From contig OZ241744.1 in the NCBI GenBank assembly GCA_965200965.1, positions 480,001 to 544,000 of the forward strand: a DNA stretch of 64,000 bases, in the 5' to 3' direction. The stretch comes from an uncultured Candidatus Binatia bacterium. Its GTDB lineage: Bacteria > Desulfobacterota > Binatia > Bin18. The position numbers and the translations under genes are program-made. This document shows, in pieces, positions 10,748 through 22,160 of this stretch. How positions within the stretch are numbered: position 1 is the stretch's first letter; each line of letters begins with the position of its first letter. Below the pieces are notes generated by a model, which saw only the letters and a list, made by a program, of their open reading frames with translations, was not told where the DNA came from and did not search any database.

Positions 10748-11134
10748 GAGAGGAGATTACATGGTCGCGGGCCTGCCCGCCAGGTTCGAGGAAAGTCCGG
10801 ACTCCTTGGGGAAGGGTGGCCGCTAACCGCGGCCGGCCGTGAGGCAGGGAAAGTGCCACAGAAAAGAGACCGCCGGAGTGGCCCCGGGCCGCTCTGAGCA
10901 AGGGTGAAAAGGCGAGGTAAGAGCTCACCAGGTCCCTGAGACATTGGGGACGCTGGGCAAACCCCACCCGGAGCAAGACCAAATAGGAAGGAGTCCGTTT
11001 GCGGACAAGAGCTACCCCACTCTGCCTTCCGGGTTCGGTCGCTGGAGCGGTGCGGCAACGTGCTGCCAAGAGGAATGACCATGACCCCGGCGTGTTGTGC
11101 CGGGGAACAGAATCCGGCTTATCGATCTCCTCTC
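10748..11134 (+). ncRNA. rnpB: RNase P RNA (type A)
   Basis: GAGGAAAGTCCGGACTCC, GAAAGTGCCACAGAAA, GGTAAGAGCTCACC, GAGCAAGACCAAATAGG, ACAGAATCCGGCTTA; terminal helix GAGAGGAGAT/ATCTCCTCTC. Confidence 0.97.
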
Positions 11135-11173
11135 CTCCCCCACCACCAGTCGCTCGGGAGAGAACCCATCGTC

Positions 11174-13129
11174 ATGCCAGACCACAGCGTCCGACCGATC
11201 CAGGCTTTGCCCCGTCTCCTCTTACTGTTGCCCTGTTTGCTCCCGGTGGGAAGCGGACTCCAGGCCGCCCAAAGCGCGGTCGTTCAGGCCGTATCGGCCA
11301 CCTCCGAGCAGGTCTCCATTGTGCTGTCTGCCCCGACGAGCTTCCGGTACGCGGGTCTGAAGGCCGACCCGGCCCACAAACGGCCACACCGCTGCTATGT
11401 GGACATTGCTCCAGCCGGGCTGGGCGAGCGTATTGTGGCGAGCATTGAGGTCCGGCGTGGGGTGGTGCAGCGCGTTCGGACAGCCCAGTTCCGACCAGAC
11501 ACCGCCCGGATTGTGATCGATCTGGCCGACGCCCGCGCCTGCCAGGTTCAGGCCCTCACCAACCCCTACCGGGTCGTCGTTCGTATTGAAGGGGCTGCAG
11601 CCGTTCCGCGGCTGACCCAACTAGCAGCCATCGCCAAGGCTTCGCTCAGCGACATTGCCCTACCCCTGGCCGTGCCCGCGGGGCCGCGTCACACACAGAC
11701 GGCCCCGCCCTTCCACCCCGTCGGCTCGTCCGAGCCACATATGACCCTGTCGTCAGGACCGCCCGCAGCTCCGCCGGCCGTGACACCGGCACCCCAGGCT
11801 GCACCATCGCCCCTGGTGAGACAGCCAGAGCTTGGGCCAGACCCCGAGCCAGCCCTCGGCCACGGCCAGCTTATTCCCCTGGCCGAGGCCTATCGTTTGG
11901 CCATCGACAACGAAGAGCGGATCAAGATCGCCAGCCACGAACTGGGCAAAGCCCGCCTGCTACCGTGGCGGGCCATCGCCCAGCTCACCCCACGCGGTGA
12001 TATCCAGGGAACCTATACCCGCAATAAAGACGAGATATCGTTTGTGGGTGGCAATATCCTTCCGCCCGGAGCCGAAAGCCTCTTTTCGACCGGCTCTGTG
12101 ATTCGTCCGCTCGATCGCTGGACGGGGATTTTTCGGATCACCCAACCCATCCTGGAGCCGGCTTTTTTTGCCACTCGCCAGCTGAGCAAAGCGGCCGTCC
12201 GAGAGAGCGCCGAACGCTATGCGTTCACCGTCCGGGAGGTATTGTTCGGCGTGGCCCGCGCCTATTACGGCGTGCTGCGCTCCCAGGCCCAGGCACGCAT
12301 TGCCACAGAGACCTTGGGCCTGGGCCAGGACGAACTGCGCCAAGCCCAGGTCCGCTTCCGGGTTGGCGAAGTCACCAAGACCGATGTCTTGCGGGCTGAG
12401 GTGGCCGTTGAGCAGGCGCGGCGACAGGTGGTGACAGACCGCAATCGGCTCAGGCTGGCCTTCACGACTCTGGCCAGAACGATTGGCGTGCCTGAACCGC
12501 TGGCCGTGGCCCAGCCTGAGCCGCTGGCCTACAGCCCGCTGCCCTACGAGCGGCTGTTGGAGCAGGCCTATAGCCAGCGCCAGGATTTGCGCGCCCAGGA
12601 ACTCCTGGTGGAGGTTGCCCGGCAGCGGAAAAATCTGGTTCTTGCCCGCTATGCTCCGCGGGTGAATGCCCGCTGGGAGTTTCCTCGGCTGGACGCCGAA
12701 ACCTTCGCCGAGCGGGACAAGTTCTGGACCCTGTTTCTGAACTTTGAGGTTCCGCTGTTTGACGGCGGGGCGCGGGAACTGGATTTGATAGAAGAAAATA
12801 AGAATCTCTTCCAGGCCCAGTTGCGTGTTGAGCAGTTTCGCAAGGACATTCAGGTCGAGCTCAGAGACGCCCTGCTGACCGTTGAAACGCTCGGCTCGAC
12901 GCTTGACACGCTGGAAAAAGAGGTCAACCTGGCTCAGGAAAACTACACGATTACCTCAAAACAATACCGTGTGGGCTTGGCCACCAGTCTTGACCTCAAC
13001 ACCGCCCTGAACGCCCTGAATCAGGTGCGGACCCAGCTGACCGACCAGACCTACGCCTATCAGATCGCCCTGCTGCGCTTGCGGCAAACGACCGGGGTGT
13101 TTGCCACCGACTATCTGCCTCAGCGCTGA
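11174..13129 (+). CDS. TolC-family outer membrane factor with N-terminal signal peptide, AMIN-like domain and Pro-rich linker
   Basis: OEP repeats ([37 protein letters not shown]); N-terminal CYVDI...[20 protein letters not shown]...[11 protein letters not shown] resembles AMIN; start placed after rnpB. Confidence 0.8.
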   Translation: MPDHSVRPIQALPRLLLLLPCLLPVGSGLQAAQSAVVQAVSATSEQVSIVLSAPTSFRYAGLKADPAHKRPHRCYVDIAPAGLGERIVASIEVRRGVVQRVRTAQFRPDTARIVIDLADARACQVQALTNPYRVVVRIEGAAAVPRLTQLAAIAKASLSDIALPLAVPAGPRHTQTAPPFHPVGSSEPHMTLSSGPPAAPPAVTPAPQAAPSPLVRQPELGPDPEPALGHGQLIPLAEAYRLAIDNEERIKIASHELGKARLLPWRAIAQLTPRGDIQGTYTRNKDEISFVGGNILPPGAESLFSTGSVIRPLDRWTGIFRITQPILEPAFFATRQLSKAAVRESAERYAFTVREVLFGVARAYYGVLRSQAQARIATETLGLGQDELRQAQVRFRVGEVTKTDVLRAEVAVEQARRQVVTDRNRLRLAFTTLARTIGVPEPLAVAQPEPLAYSPLPYERLLEQAYSQRQDLRAQELLVEVARQRKNLVLARYAPRVNARWEFPRLDAETFAERDKFWTLFLNFEVPLFDGGARELDLIEENKNLFQAQLRVEQFRKDIQVELRDALLTVETLGSTLDTLEKEVNLAQENYTITSKQYRVGLATSLDLNTALNALNQVRTQLTDQTYAYQIALLRLRQTTGVFATDYLPQR

Positions 13130-13758
13130 CCATTGACCAGGGTGATGAACTCTTCGCGGGTCGCCTGCTGGCTGCGGAAGGAGCCCAGCATAGCGCTGGT
13201 GGTGACAATGGAGTTCTGTTTCTCGACCCCGCGCATCCGCATGCACAGGTGTTCGGCGCGGATAATCACGCCTACTCCCAAGGGGTCTAAGCCGTCCATA
13301 ATCGTGTTGGCAATCTGGGTCGTCAAGCGTTCCTGCACCTGCAAGCGACGGGAGAATACCTCGACGAGGCGTGGAATTTTACTCAGCCCGACAATATGGT
13401 GTTTCGGAATATAGGCCACGTTGGCGCGGCCAAAAAAGGGCAGGAGGTGGTGCTCGCACAGTGAGTAGAAATCAATGTCCCGGACCAGGACCATCTCTTG
13501 ATAGTCTTCCTCGGTGAAGATCGCCTGACCAATGACCGCTCTGGGGTCTTGGGCGTAGCCCCGGGCCAGGTACTCAAAGGAGCGGGCGACCCGCTCAGGG
13601 GTTTTGGCCAGCCCCTCCCGCTCGGGGTCTTCGCCCATGTATTCGAGAATCTGCCGAACGCTGGCTTTGAGGCCGGTGGCGGCCGTGTGGCTTTCGGGCT
13701 GGGCCACGGCCTTGTGGGGGGAGCCGTTTTTGCGTGAGTGGACACGCGGATTACCCAT
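13120..13758 (-). CDS. folE: GTP cyclohydrolase I
   Basis: [45 protein letters not shown]. Confidence 0.97.
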   Translation of the reverse strand: MGNPRVHSRKNGSPHKAVAQPESHTAATGLKASVRQILEYMGEDPEREGLAKTPERVARSFEYLARGYAQDPRAVIGQAIFTEEDYQEMVLVRDIDFYSLCEHHLLPFFGRANVAYIPKHHIVGLSKIPRLVEVFSRRLQVQERLTTQIANTIMDGLDPLGVGVIIRAEHLCMRMRGVEKQNSIVTTSAMLGSFRSQQATREEFITLVNGQR

Positions 13759-13787
13759 CGATCTATTCTCCTCCTTGCGGGGTGAGG

Positions 13788-15416
13788 TTACATCCGAAAC
13801 ACGCCAACCTGATGGTCGGCAATGGGGGCGTTGAGCGACATGGCAATACTCAGGCCAAGCACCGTGCGGGTCTCTTGCGGGTCAAGAATGCCGTCGTCCC
13901 ACAGGCGGGCGGTCGAATAGTACGGGCTGCTCTCTTGCTCGTATTTGGCCAGGGTCGGGGCGCTGAAGGCCCGCTGTTCGTCGAGGCTCATGGTCTGGCC
14001 GGCCGCCGCCAGCTGTTGCAGCTTGACCGCCAGCAGCACGCCGGCCGCCTGCTCGCCGCCCATGACCGAGATGCGCGAGTTGGGCCACATGAACAGCAGC
14101 CGGGGCGAATAGGCGCGGCCACACATGCCGTAATTCCCCGCCCCGTTTGAGGCACCGATGATGACGGTGAACTTTGGGACCTGGGCGTTGGCCACCGCGT
14201 GGACCATTTTGGCCCCGTCTTTGGCAATCCCGCCCTGTTCATATTTTTTGCCGACCATGAAGCCGGTAATGTTTTGCAGGAACAGCAGCGGCACCTTGCG
14301 CTGAGCGCACATCTCGATGAAATGGGTGGCCTTGAGCGCGGACTCTGAGAACAGCACGCCATTATTGGCCACAATGCCGACTAGATAGCCATGAATGCGG
14401 GCGAAGCCGGTCACGACGGTCTGACTGTAGCGGGGCTTGAACTCGTGCAGGCGGCTGCCGTCAACCAGACGGGCAATCACCTCATGCACATCGTAGGGCA
14501 GCCGGATGTCGTGGGGAATGACCCCGTACAACTCGGCTGGATCATAGGCCGGGTTTTCGGGGGCTTGGCGGTCAAGCGGAAACTTCCGGGGACGGGGGAA
14601 GTTCTCAAAAATTGAGCGGGTTATGGCCAAAGCGTCCTCGTCGTCCTCAGCCAGATGATCGGACACCCCTGAGATGCGGGTATGGACATCGCCGCCGCCC
14701 AGTTCCTCGGCCGACACTTCCTCGCCGGTCGCCGCCTTGACCAGTGGCGGTCCGCCCAGAAAGATGGTCCCCCGGTTTTTGACAATGATGTTTTCATCAG
14801 CCATAGCCGGCACATAGGCCCCGCCGGCCGTACACGAGCCCATCACAACGGCGATTTGCGGGATGCCCCGGGCCGACATGCGGGCTTCGTTATAAAAGAT
14901 GCGGCCAAAGTGCTCGCGGTCGGGGAAAATATCGGCCTGGAGGGGCAGATTGGCCCCGCCAGAGTCTACCAGGTAGACACACGGCAGACGGTTTTCCTGG
15001 GCAATTTCCTGTGCCCGCAGGTGTTTTTTCACGCTGATCGGATAATAGGTGCCGCCTTTGACCGTTGCGTCGTTTGAGACAATGATGGCTTCCCGGCCCT
15101 GGATCAGACCGATGGCGGTCGCAATCCCGGCCGATGGTGGATCGTCGTACATTCCGGAGGCGGCCAGCGGTGAGAGTTCGAGCAGGGGGCTGTTCGGGTC
15201 AACCAGGGCTTCGATACGCTCGCGGGCCAGGAGTTTGCCGCGGGCTGTGTGCCGCTGGCGGGAGGCTTCCGGGCCGCCCTGCCGGGCTTGGCCAAGCCGC
15301 TCTTTCAACTCAGCCACCAAACTGCTCATGTGTTCAAAATTGGCCCGAAACTCTGGGCTGTTTGGGCGAACTTTGCTTTCGATACGGTCCATGCGCAGGG
15401 GTGTCTTTCTGGTCAT
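13788..15416 (-). CDS. Methylcrotonyl-CoA carboxylase-type carboxyltransferase (beta) subunit
   Basis: [52 protein letters not shown]. Confidence 0.93.
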   Translation of the reverse strand: MTRKTPLRMDRIESKVRPNSPEFRANFEHMSSLVAELKERLGQARQGGPEASRQRHTARGKLLARERIEALVDPNSPLLELSPLAASGMYDDPPSAGIATAIGLIQGREAIIVSNDATVKGGTYYPISVKKHLRAQEIAQENRLPCVYLVDSGGANLPLQADIFPDREHFGRIFYNEARMSARGIPQIAVVMGSCTAGGAYVPAMADENIIVKNRGTIFLGGPPLVKAATGEEVSAEELGGGDVHTRISGVSDHLAEDDEDALAITRSIFENFPRPRKFPLDRQAPENPAYDPAELYGVIPHDIRLPYDVHEVIARLVDGSRLHEFKPRYSQTVVTGFARIHGYLVGIVANNGVLFSESALKATHFIEMCAQRKVPLLFLQNITGFMVGKKYEQGGIAKDGAKMVHAVANAQVPKFTVIIGASNGAGNYGMCGRAYSPRLLFMWPNSRISVMGGEQAAGVLLAVKLQQLAAAGQTMSLDEQRAFSAPTLAKYEQESSPYYSTARLWDDGILDPQETRTVLGLSIAMSLNAPIADHQVGVFRM

Positions 15417-15433
15417 GCCGGCCAGGCGGCATG

Positions 15434-16363
15434 CTAGGCAAAGTGCGGAATAATCGCCGTGCCGTACAACTCAATCTGCGGGATGAGTTCGTTGGGCGGC
15501 ACAATCGGCCACAGCACAAACTTGGAGCAGCCGATATCGACATAGGACTGCACCTTGTCAATACATTCTTCCGGCGTCCCAATCGCGCACCGGGCGACCA
15601 GAGCTTCCTGGGGCAGGGGGAAGCCCTGGAGAAAGCGGCCGGCAATGTCCTGGGCGCGTTTGCGGTCTGGGTCAACGCAGCTCAGAATCAGCACCCCAGC
15701 CTCACGGGGGTCAATCTCGCGTCCGTACTGCTCGCCGTAGGCCCGCAGCTTGTCCATACCGGTGTGGAATTCGTCCGGGCTGACAAACGAGGGAAACCAG
15801 CCGTCGCCGTAGCGGGCGGTGCGTTTGAGAGCCTGGTCGGTCTTGCCGCCAATCCACACATCGAGCGTCCCTTTTTTGGGCCGGGGTTCGATGGTGACAT
15901 CTTCAAAGTGGTAGTACTGGCCCTCAAAACTGGCGTGCGGCTCGGCCCACAGTTTGCGCATGACCTGCACGCCTTCTTCCATCCGTCTGGCGCGCTCGGA
16001 CGGATCAATACCGCTGGCCAGACAGTCCTTGGGGTTGGCACCGATGCCAACCGCCATGATGACCCGGTTCTTGCCGCCCGAAATATAGTCCAGGGTGGCA
16101 TAGGTTTTGGCAACCTGGACGGGATCACGGGCGGGCAGGGTGAGCACGCTGGGGCCCATTTTGATCTTGGTGGTTCTGGCCGACCAGGCCGCCATCACGC
16201 AGCTGGTATCGAGCGAGGGGTTTCGTGATACCACATGATCGGACAGCCAAATCGAATCAATGCCGACCGCTTCGGCACTGACCGCATAGTTGAAGATTGT
16301 ATCCGGGTCTGGCATGCCAAGTTCCCACAGCCCAAAGCCGATTCCAATTTTTGTTCCGCCCAT
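15434..16363 (-). CDS. LLM-class (luciferase-like) flavin/F420-dependent oxidoreductase
   Basis: [40 protein letters not shown]; start MGGTKIG with GGAGG RBS. Confidence 0.88.
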   Translation of the reverse strand: MGGTKIGIGFGLWELGMPDPDTIFNYAVSAEAVGIDSIWLSDHVVSRNPSLDTSCVMAAWSARTTKIKMGPSVLTLPARDPVQVAKTYATLDYISGGKNRVIMAVGIGANPKDCLASGIDPSERARRMEEGVQVMRKLWAEPHASFEGQYYHFEDVTIEPRPKKGTLDVWIGGKTDQALKRTARYGDGWFPSFVSPDEFHTGMDKLRAYGEQYGREIDPREAGVLILSCVDPDRKRAQDIAGRFLQGFPLPQEALVARCAIGTPEECIDKVQSYVDIGCSKFVLWPIVPPNELIPQIELYGTAIIPHFA

Positions 16364-16476
16364 GTTTACGCCTCCCGTTGCAGGTCTGGCCACCAACCTA
16401 CCAGAAAGGGGAGGGGGGAGGGAAGGTGCTTGTGGGCCGGGTGGCGCTCGGTCAGCAGAGCGATACCCCTGGGCGC

Positions 16477-17877
16477 TCAGAAGGCTGCCGAACCCGGGGT
16501 GCGGGGAAAAGGAATCACATCGCGGATGTTTTTCATGCCGGTCAGATACATCATCATGCGCTCCAGCCCGAGGCCAAACCCCGCGTGCGGGGCGGTACCG
16601 TATTTGCGGAGTTCCAGGTACCACCAGTAGCGGTCTGCCTGGAGTCCGTTTTCCCGGAGCATGTTGAGCAGCACATCGTGGCGTTCCTCGCGCTGGCTGC
16701 CGCCGATGATTTCTCCGATCCGTGGGACCAGAACGTCCATAGCCCGGACGGTTTGGCCGTCGTCGTTGCTGCGCATGTAAAAGGCTTTGATCTGCCGCGG
16801 GTAATCGGTCACGATAATCGGCCGGCCAAACACCTGTTCGGTCAGATAGCGTTCGTGCTCGGCTTGCAGGTCTACCCCCCACGATATGGGGAACTCCCAG
16901 CCTTGCCCCTGGTCCGCGGCCCGCTCCAGCAGCCGGATCGCTTCGCCGTAGGGCACACGTTCAAACGGGCTGTTGACCACATGATCGAGGGTCTCCAGCA
17001 CGCTGTTGTCGATCCGCTGGTTGAAGAACTCCAGCTCAGAGCGGCAGCCGTCAAGCACAGCGGCAATGATGTATTTCAGAAAGTCTTCAGCGACCTGGCA
17101 GTTGTCGTCAAGGTCACAGAACGCCATCTCCGGCTCAACCATCCAGAACTCGGCCAAGTGACGGGGGGTGTTGGAGTTCTCGGCCCGAAACGTCGGCCCA
17201 AAGGTGTAGACGTTTGAGAAGGCCAGGGCAAAGATCTCGGCTTCGAGCTGGCCGCTGACCGTCAGAAAGACCGGCTGGCCAAAAAAATCCTGGCTGTAAT
17301 CGACCTGCCCGGACGGCGTGCGGGGCAGATTGAGAAGATCGAGTGTGGTGACGCCAAACATTTCGCCCGCTCCCTCGGCGTCTGAGTTGGTGATAATCGG
17401 GGTGTGGATATACACAAAGCCCCGCTCCTGAAAAAAGCGGTGAATGGCAAACGAGAGCGTGTTGCGGACCCGAAAGACAGCCCCAAAGGTATTGCTGCGC
17501 GGTCGCAGGTGGGCGATATCGCGCAAGAACTCCATGCTGTGGCCCTTTTTCTGGAGCGGGTAGCTGGTCGCGTCGGTAGAGCCGTAGACCTCAATGGCGT
17601 GGGCGTGCAACTCAAGGGTCTGGCCTTTGCCGGGAGACGCTACGAGCTCACCGCTTACCCGGACGCACGAGCCGGTGCTTGCCCGGCTGAGCGTGTGGTC
17701 GGCAATCCGATCTGCCTCGGCCACGACCTGGAGCGTCTCAAAACACGAGCCGTCGTTCAGTTGGAGAAAGTGGACGCGCTTGCTGCTGCGGTGGGTTCTG
17801 ACCCATCCACACGCCTCAACTGCCGTGCCGACCGGCTTGGCCAGCAGGTCCCGTATTGCCCTGCCTCTCTCGATCAT
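16477..17877 (-). CDS. asnS: Asparagine--tRNA ligase
   Basis: [64 protein letters not shown]. Confidence 0.97.
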   Translation of the reverse strand: MIERGRAIRDLLAKPVGTAVEACGWVRTHRSSKRVHFLQLNDGSCFETLQVVAEADRIADHTLSRASTGSCVRVSGELVASPGKGQTLELHAHAIEVYGSTDATSYPLQKKGHSMEFLRDIAHLRPRSNTFGAVFRVRNTLSFAIHRFFQERGFVYIHTPIITNSDAEGAGEMFGVTTLDLLNLPRTPSGQVDYSQDFFGQPVFLTVSGQLEAEIFALAFSNVYTFGPTFRAENSNTPRHLAEFWMVEPEMAFCDLDDNCQVAEDFLKYIIAAVLDGCRSELEFFNQRIDNSVLETLDHVVNSPFERVPYGEAIRLLERAADQGQGWEFPISWGVDLQAEHERYLTEQVFGRPIIVTDYPRQIKAFYMRSNDDGQTVRAMDVLVPRIGEIIGGSQREERHDVLLNMLRENGLQADRYWWYLELRKYGTAPHAGFGLGLERMMMYLTGMKNIRDVIPFPRTPGSAAF

Positions 17878-18069
17878 CCCGCGACTCCTTGTTCTGGCGG
17901 ACATAGTACGCCGTGCCAGGGGGAAGGACAATCGTCACGGCAAGGAGGGGGGTTGACAAGGAAGTTCTGCGTTGACGCCTAGGACGAATCTGTTAAGCTT
18001 CGGACTCTGTGGAGCAGTCGCCGCAGCCGGGCTAGGCTGGCTGCTTTCCAACAAGGAAGGAGATGAGAT

Positions 18070-18424
18070 ATGACACAACCAAACTGAGCAAACCGGACGC
18101 TGTGGGCTCGGGGATAATCTCGACATCCTGCGGGGTATGAACGCGGAGGCGGTAGACCTGATCTACCTTGACCCGCCCTTCAACAGCAATCAGACCTATG
18201 CCGCCCCCATCGGCTCCGAAGCGGCCGGCGCGGCCTTCAAAGACACCTGGACGCTGGATGATGTAGACGTGGCTTGGCACGGCGAGATTGCCGAGCAGGA
18301 GCCGGCCCTGTACGCGATCATTGACGCTGCCGGCCTCAGCCACTCGCCGGGCATGAAGAGTTACCTGATTATGATGGCGGTGCGACTGCTGGAGATGCGC
18401 CGGGCTGGGAGCATTCGAAAATGA
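18070..18424 (+). pseudogene. Truncated N4/N6 DNA methyltransferase (N-terminal remnant)
   Basis: MTQPN*ANRTLW then, after a frameshift, GDNLDILRGMNAEAVDLIYLDPPFNSN ... YLIMMAVRLLEMRR, then abrupt end; premature TGA at codon 6. Confidence 0.8.
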
Positions 18425-18507
18425 AACAAGGAAACCTATACTGATATTTATATTTGATATTCCTTCCTGGTGTGGTAGGCTGGTCTTTCCGCAACGAGGA
18501 TGACACT

Positions 18508-18723
18508 ATGAAGGAGACCTATACAGCAGTCGTGAAGCGGTCAGGTCCCTGGTGGATCGGATGGATTGAGGAGATTCCCGGCGTCAATTGCCAAGAACGG
18601 ACGAAAGCGGAATTGCTCACTACCTTGAAACTTGCGCTGCAAGAAGCCTTGGAGTTCAACTACCGGCGAGAAGTACGCGAGGCCGCCGGCGAGGGGTTTG
18701 AAAAAGCGGCCATCACCGTATGA
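18508..18723 (+). CDS. hicB: HicB-family antitoxin
   Basis: YTAVVKRSGPWWIGWIEEIPGVNCQERTKAELL; ATGA overlap with downstream hicA-like frame. Confidence 0.8.
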   Translation: MKETYTAVVKRSGPWWIGWIEEIPGVNCQERTKAELLTTLKLALQEALEFNYRREVREAAGEGFEKAAITV

Positions 18724-18908
18724 AACGCGCGGAATTTCTCCGGCATCTCCGCAGGAACAGATGTAAACAGCAGCGGGAAGGTCGGCGGCATTCGTGGTAG
18801 TGCAATCCCGATCAGAACAGATACTCGGCGGTTCCGAGGCATAACGAGATTGACAATAACTTGGCGCGTAAAATTTGCAAAGACCTCGGAGTGCCTGGCG
18901 TCAGCTAA
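18720..18908 (+). pseudogene. hicA: HicA-family toxin with in-frame stop
   Basis: MKRAEFLRHLRRNRCKQQREGRRHSW*CNPDQNRYSAVPRHNEIDNNLARKICKDLGVP; TAG at 18798-18800. Confidence 0.82.
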
Positions 18909-19532
18909 GCCCCTTCAAATGATGCCGGTCGTTCAGCAATACCAGACGCCACAGGGAAAACAGACCGAACCGGCCGAAGACAAACGTGCCGTGCGAGGCC
19001 AAGCCAATGCGCAAATGATGGATATGGCCCAGATCAAGACCGAGGGCCGCGCGCAGAATGGCGGCGATGGTCATGGTGTGGCTCACGACCACCACCGAGC
19101 CGCTGATTGCGCGCTCTCGTACTTGATCGACGGCCGGCTGGGCTCGGCCCTGTACGGCTTGAAGCGTCTCGCCGCCCGGCGAGGTGTGGGCCGGGTCTTG
19201 CTGCCAGCGGTGGAAGAACGCGGTGTTATCGCTCAGCAGCCGCGTACCGGTCAAACCTTCGAGGGTACCCTGGTCCCTTCACGCAGGGCGGCGACAGGCT
19301 GGCAGGCTAGGCCGTGCGGGGCAGCAATCCGACGCGCGGTTTCCAGAGCGCGTTGCAGGGGGCTGGACAGAATCAGCTCGGGCCGCTTGGCAGCAAAGCT
19401 GTGGCCCAGGGTGTCGGCCTGCTCCAGCCCTTTTGCCGTCAACGCGATATCGGTGACGCCCTGACAGCGGCCGTCACGGTTCCAGCCGGTTTCGCCGTGA
19501 CGGACGAGGTGAACGCTCAGCAGGCTTGGCAT
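18901..19532 (-). pseudogene. Histidine phosphatase (phosphoglycerate mutase family), frameshifted
   Basis: LVRHGETGWN and SSPLQRA in one frame, DQGTLEG..PGGETL..VVVSH..LNDRHHL in another; shift near 19275. Confidence 0.8.
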
Positions 19533-19539
19533 GAGGGGT

Positions 19540-20757
19540 TCAGTAGATGACCTGCTCTTCGGTCAGCCGGGCAACCTCCTGCTCGCTCAGACCCAGGATT
19601 TCCCCAAAGACATAGGCGTTGTGCTGACCCATGACCGGGGCCGGCCAGCGCAAGGCCCCCGGCGTTTTGGACAGGTGAAATTGATGGCCTTCATACGGAG
19701 ACGGTCCCATCTCCTGATGGTCGAGATATTGAAACATACCCCAGGCGGCTAGGCGGGGGTCCTGGTGCAGGTCCAGGCAGTTCTGGACCACGCCGGCCGG
19801 CACGCCGGCCTGCTGCAAACGGTCTGCCGCGGCCTCTGCTTCCTGCTCCGCGGCCCAGGCCGTCAGCAGTTCGTCAAGGGCCGGGGCGTGCTCAAGGCGG
19901 AGCGTCTGGGTGCTGAAACGTGCCTCGCTCCCCCAAGAAGGCTTGCCCAGTGCCCGGATCAAGCCCTGCCATTGAGCGTCACTGCTGACCGAGATGGCCA
20001 GCCAACGGTCTTCTCCCTGACAGCGGTAGACCCCGTGCGGGGCGGACCGGAACGAGCGGTTGCCGTCACGGTTCAGCACCCGGCCGTTCACTTGGTAGTT
20101 GAGCAGGGCCGGCGACAGAAAGTGCAGGGCGGCTTCGTACTGGGCCATGTCGATGTACTGGCCCTTGCCGGTCCGCCGCCGATAGTCGAGCGCAGCCATG
20201 AGCACGGTCGCCCCGAAACGGGGGGCAATGAAGTCGGTGTAGGCACCGTAGGGCGGGGCTGGGTCACGGTCGGGCCAGCCCGAGATATGGTAGAAGCCGG
20301 TCAGCGAGGCCATCAGATTGCCAAAGCCCGGATATAGCGCGTGAGGTCCGGTCTGGCCCTGCTGACAGGTTGAGAGCATGATCAGCTCTGGGTTGATTGT
20401 GCGCAGATTGTCATAATCCAGCCCCCAGTTGCGCATCGCCTTGGGAGTAAAACTCTCAATTACAACATCGGCCCAGGCGACCAGTTTCCCGGCCAGTTCC
20501 CGGGCTCTGGGCTTGCTGAGGTCGAGGGTGATACCGTGCTTGCTGGTATTGAAACTGGCAAAGAACTGGCTGCGGTTGAGGCCGGGCTCCCCGTCCGTCC
20601 AGGGCGGGGCTTGGCGCAGAATATCGGGCCGGGCGCGCGACTCGACCCGGACGACTGTCGCCCCGTGGTCGGCCAGGTATTTGGCGGTAATGGGACCAAC
20701 GCCGACCCAGGCGAAGTCGGCGACTTTAATGCCATCAAATGCGTAGCGACGATCCAT
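19540..20757 (-). CDS. Family III CoA-transferase (CaiB/BaiF), subunit with the catalytic Asp
   Basis: GIKVADF, LADHGATVVRVE, ADVVIESF, YTDFIAP, GKGQYID, APVMGQH. Confidence 0.92.
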   Translation of the reverse strand: MDRRYAFDGIKVADFAWVGVGPITAKYLADHGATVVRVESRARPDILRQAPPWTDGEPGLNRSQFFASFNTSKHGITLDLSKPRARELAGKLVAWADVVIESFTPKAMRNWGLDYDNLRTINPELIMLSTCQQGQTGPHALYPGFGNLMASLTGFYHISGWPDRDPAPPYGAYTDFIAPRFGATVLMAALDYRRRTGKGQYIDMAQYEAALHFLSPALLNYQVNGRVLNRDGNRSFRSAPHGVYRCQGEDRWLAISVSSDAQWQGLIRALGKPSWGSEARFSTQTLRLEHAPALDELLTAWAAEQEAEAAADRLQQAGVPAGVVQNCLDLHQDPRLAAWGMFQYLDHQEMGPSPYEGHQFHLSKTPGALRWPAPVMGQHNAYVFGEILGLSEQEVARLTEEQVIY

Positions 20758-20776
20758 AGTCTGCCTCCGCAAGGGC

Positions 20777-22063
20777 TTAGATCGCTCCGACCGCCCGCAG
20801 GCGGGCGAGCTGCTGGCGGTTGTAGCCGAGCAGGCCGGTGTACATCTCGGTGTTGTGCTCGCCGATATGCGGGGCGCGGCCGGCAATCGACAGCGGGGTG
20901 CGGCTCAGTTTGGCGAATGGACCCGGGTAGGGAATCGTCGCGCCCAGGTCTTCGTGCTCAACCGGTACAAAAAAATTGCGGGCAGCCAGCTGCTCGCTGG
21001 CGGTAATGTCCGCTACGGTAGCAACCGGGGCGAGCAGGATGCGCCGCTCCAGGGCCCCGGCGTAGATCTCGGCCTTGGTCATGGTTTTCAGAAAGGCAGT
21101 AATGGCCGACTCAATGGCGTCAATCTCCCGCTGGACTTCGTCGCCCCTGGCGTTCATAAAAGTCGCCGGTCCCCACTCGGTCCAGTCTTTGTCCAGCATC
21201 CACTGCGGGGCCATGCCCTTTTCGTCCATCCAGTCAAGAAAGGCTTTGAGCGAGGGGGTCAGCGGGCCGCCGGCGACCAGGAGGGTGATATAGCCGTCTT
21301 TGCAGGCAAAGACGAGACGCTGGCGCATGCCTTCAGAGCCGGCAAAAACGCCGTTCCGCTCGACCGAGTTGCCGTGCAGGATGGGAAATGCCTGCTCGTT
21401 CATCAGCGTCCAGACCACGCAGGCCTGCATATTGACCACAACGTGCTGGCCCTGTCCGCTCAGTTCACGCGGATAGTGGGCGGTCATGGAGCCGACCGCG
21501 GCTTCGGCGCTGGCGTGAAAATAGCTCTGCAACAGGTTGATGCGGGCCGGCCCGCGGTCTTTCTCGCCCATGATGGCCATGCCCCCGCCGGTTGCCCAGG
21601 CGATCAGATCGTCGGCCTGCTGGCCGCGGCCGGCTTCGGTGTCGCCAAACGGGGTGATGGAGGTCAGGATGATGCGCGGGTTGCACTGTGCCAGCGCTTC
21701 ATAGCCCAGCCCCAGTTTATCCAGATAGCCGACCGGAAAGGTCTCGATCACAAAGTCTGAGGCGGCGACCAGCGCCTGGAAAACGGCCCGCCCGTCCGCG
21801 TTTGTCAGGTCGAGGGTGATCCCCTTTTTCCCTGCGTTGTAGGCGAACCAGAACAGGCTTTTCTCAGGGTCTGCCTCATCGTGATAGAACGGCGGTAGGG
21901 TCCGAGCCGCCTCCCCGCCCGGCGGCTCCACCTTAATTACCTCAGCGCCCATGTCGGCCAGCATTTTTCCGCACAACATGCCTTTTTCGTCGCTCAGGTC
22001 AAGGACACGGTAGCCGGCCATCAGTGCGTTGGGCAGCGGACCGTTTGAGGCGGATGTCGTCAT
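20777..22063 (-). CDS. Family III CoA-transferase (CaiB/BaiF), partner subunit
   Basis: GYRVLDLS, LADMGAEVIKVEPPGG, NAGKKGITLDL, GQGQHV, APHIGEHN. Confidence 0.9.
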   Translation of the reverse strand: MTTSASNGPLPNALMAGYRVLDLSDEKGMLCGKMLADMGAEVIKVEPPGGEAARTLPPFYHDEADPEKSLFWFAYNAGKKGITLDLTNADGRAVFQALVAASDFVIETFPVGYLDKLGLGYEALAQCNPRIILTSITPFGDTEAGRGQQADDLIAWATGGGMAIMGEKDRGPARINLLQSYFHASAEAAVGSMTAHYPRELSGQGQHVVVNMQACVVWTLMNEQAFPILHGNSVERNGVFAGSEGMRQRLVFACKDGYITLLVAGGPLTPSLKAFLDWMDEKGMAPQWMLDKDWTEWGPATFMNARGDEVQREIDAIESAITAFLKTMTKAEIYAGALERRILLAPVATVADITASEQLAARNFFVPVEHEDLGATIPYPGPFAKLSRTPLSIAGRAPHIGEHNTEMYTGLLGYNRQQLARLRAVGAI

Positions 22064-22160
22064 TGCGTGGCTCCTTGTGTTGGATGTCATTGCGCGCCGG
22101 CGGCCCGGAGTGCCGGGCAAACTGTACGGCTGAACCGCGTGCTGAGTCAAGCACGCTGCC

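Noticed and set aside
11060-11173. Upstream extension of the TolC ORF in the ORF track
   Set aside because: It overlaps the 3' end of RNase P RNA; ATG 11174 gives a plausible signal peptide.
18085-18800. Stop-codon reassignment or Sec/Pyl recoding to explain in-frame TGA/TAG
   Set aside because: TGA and TAG end many intact genes here, and the methylase relic also has a frameshift and truncation, so simple nonsense mutations are more likely.
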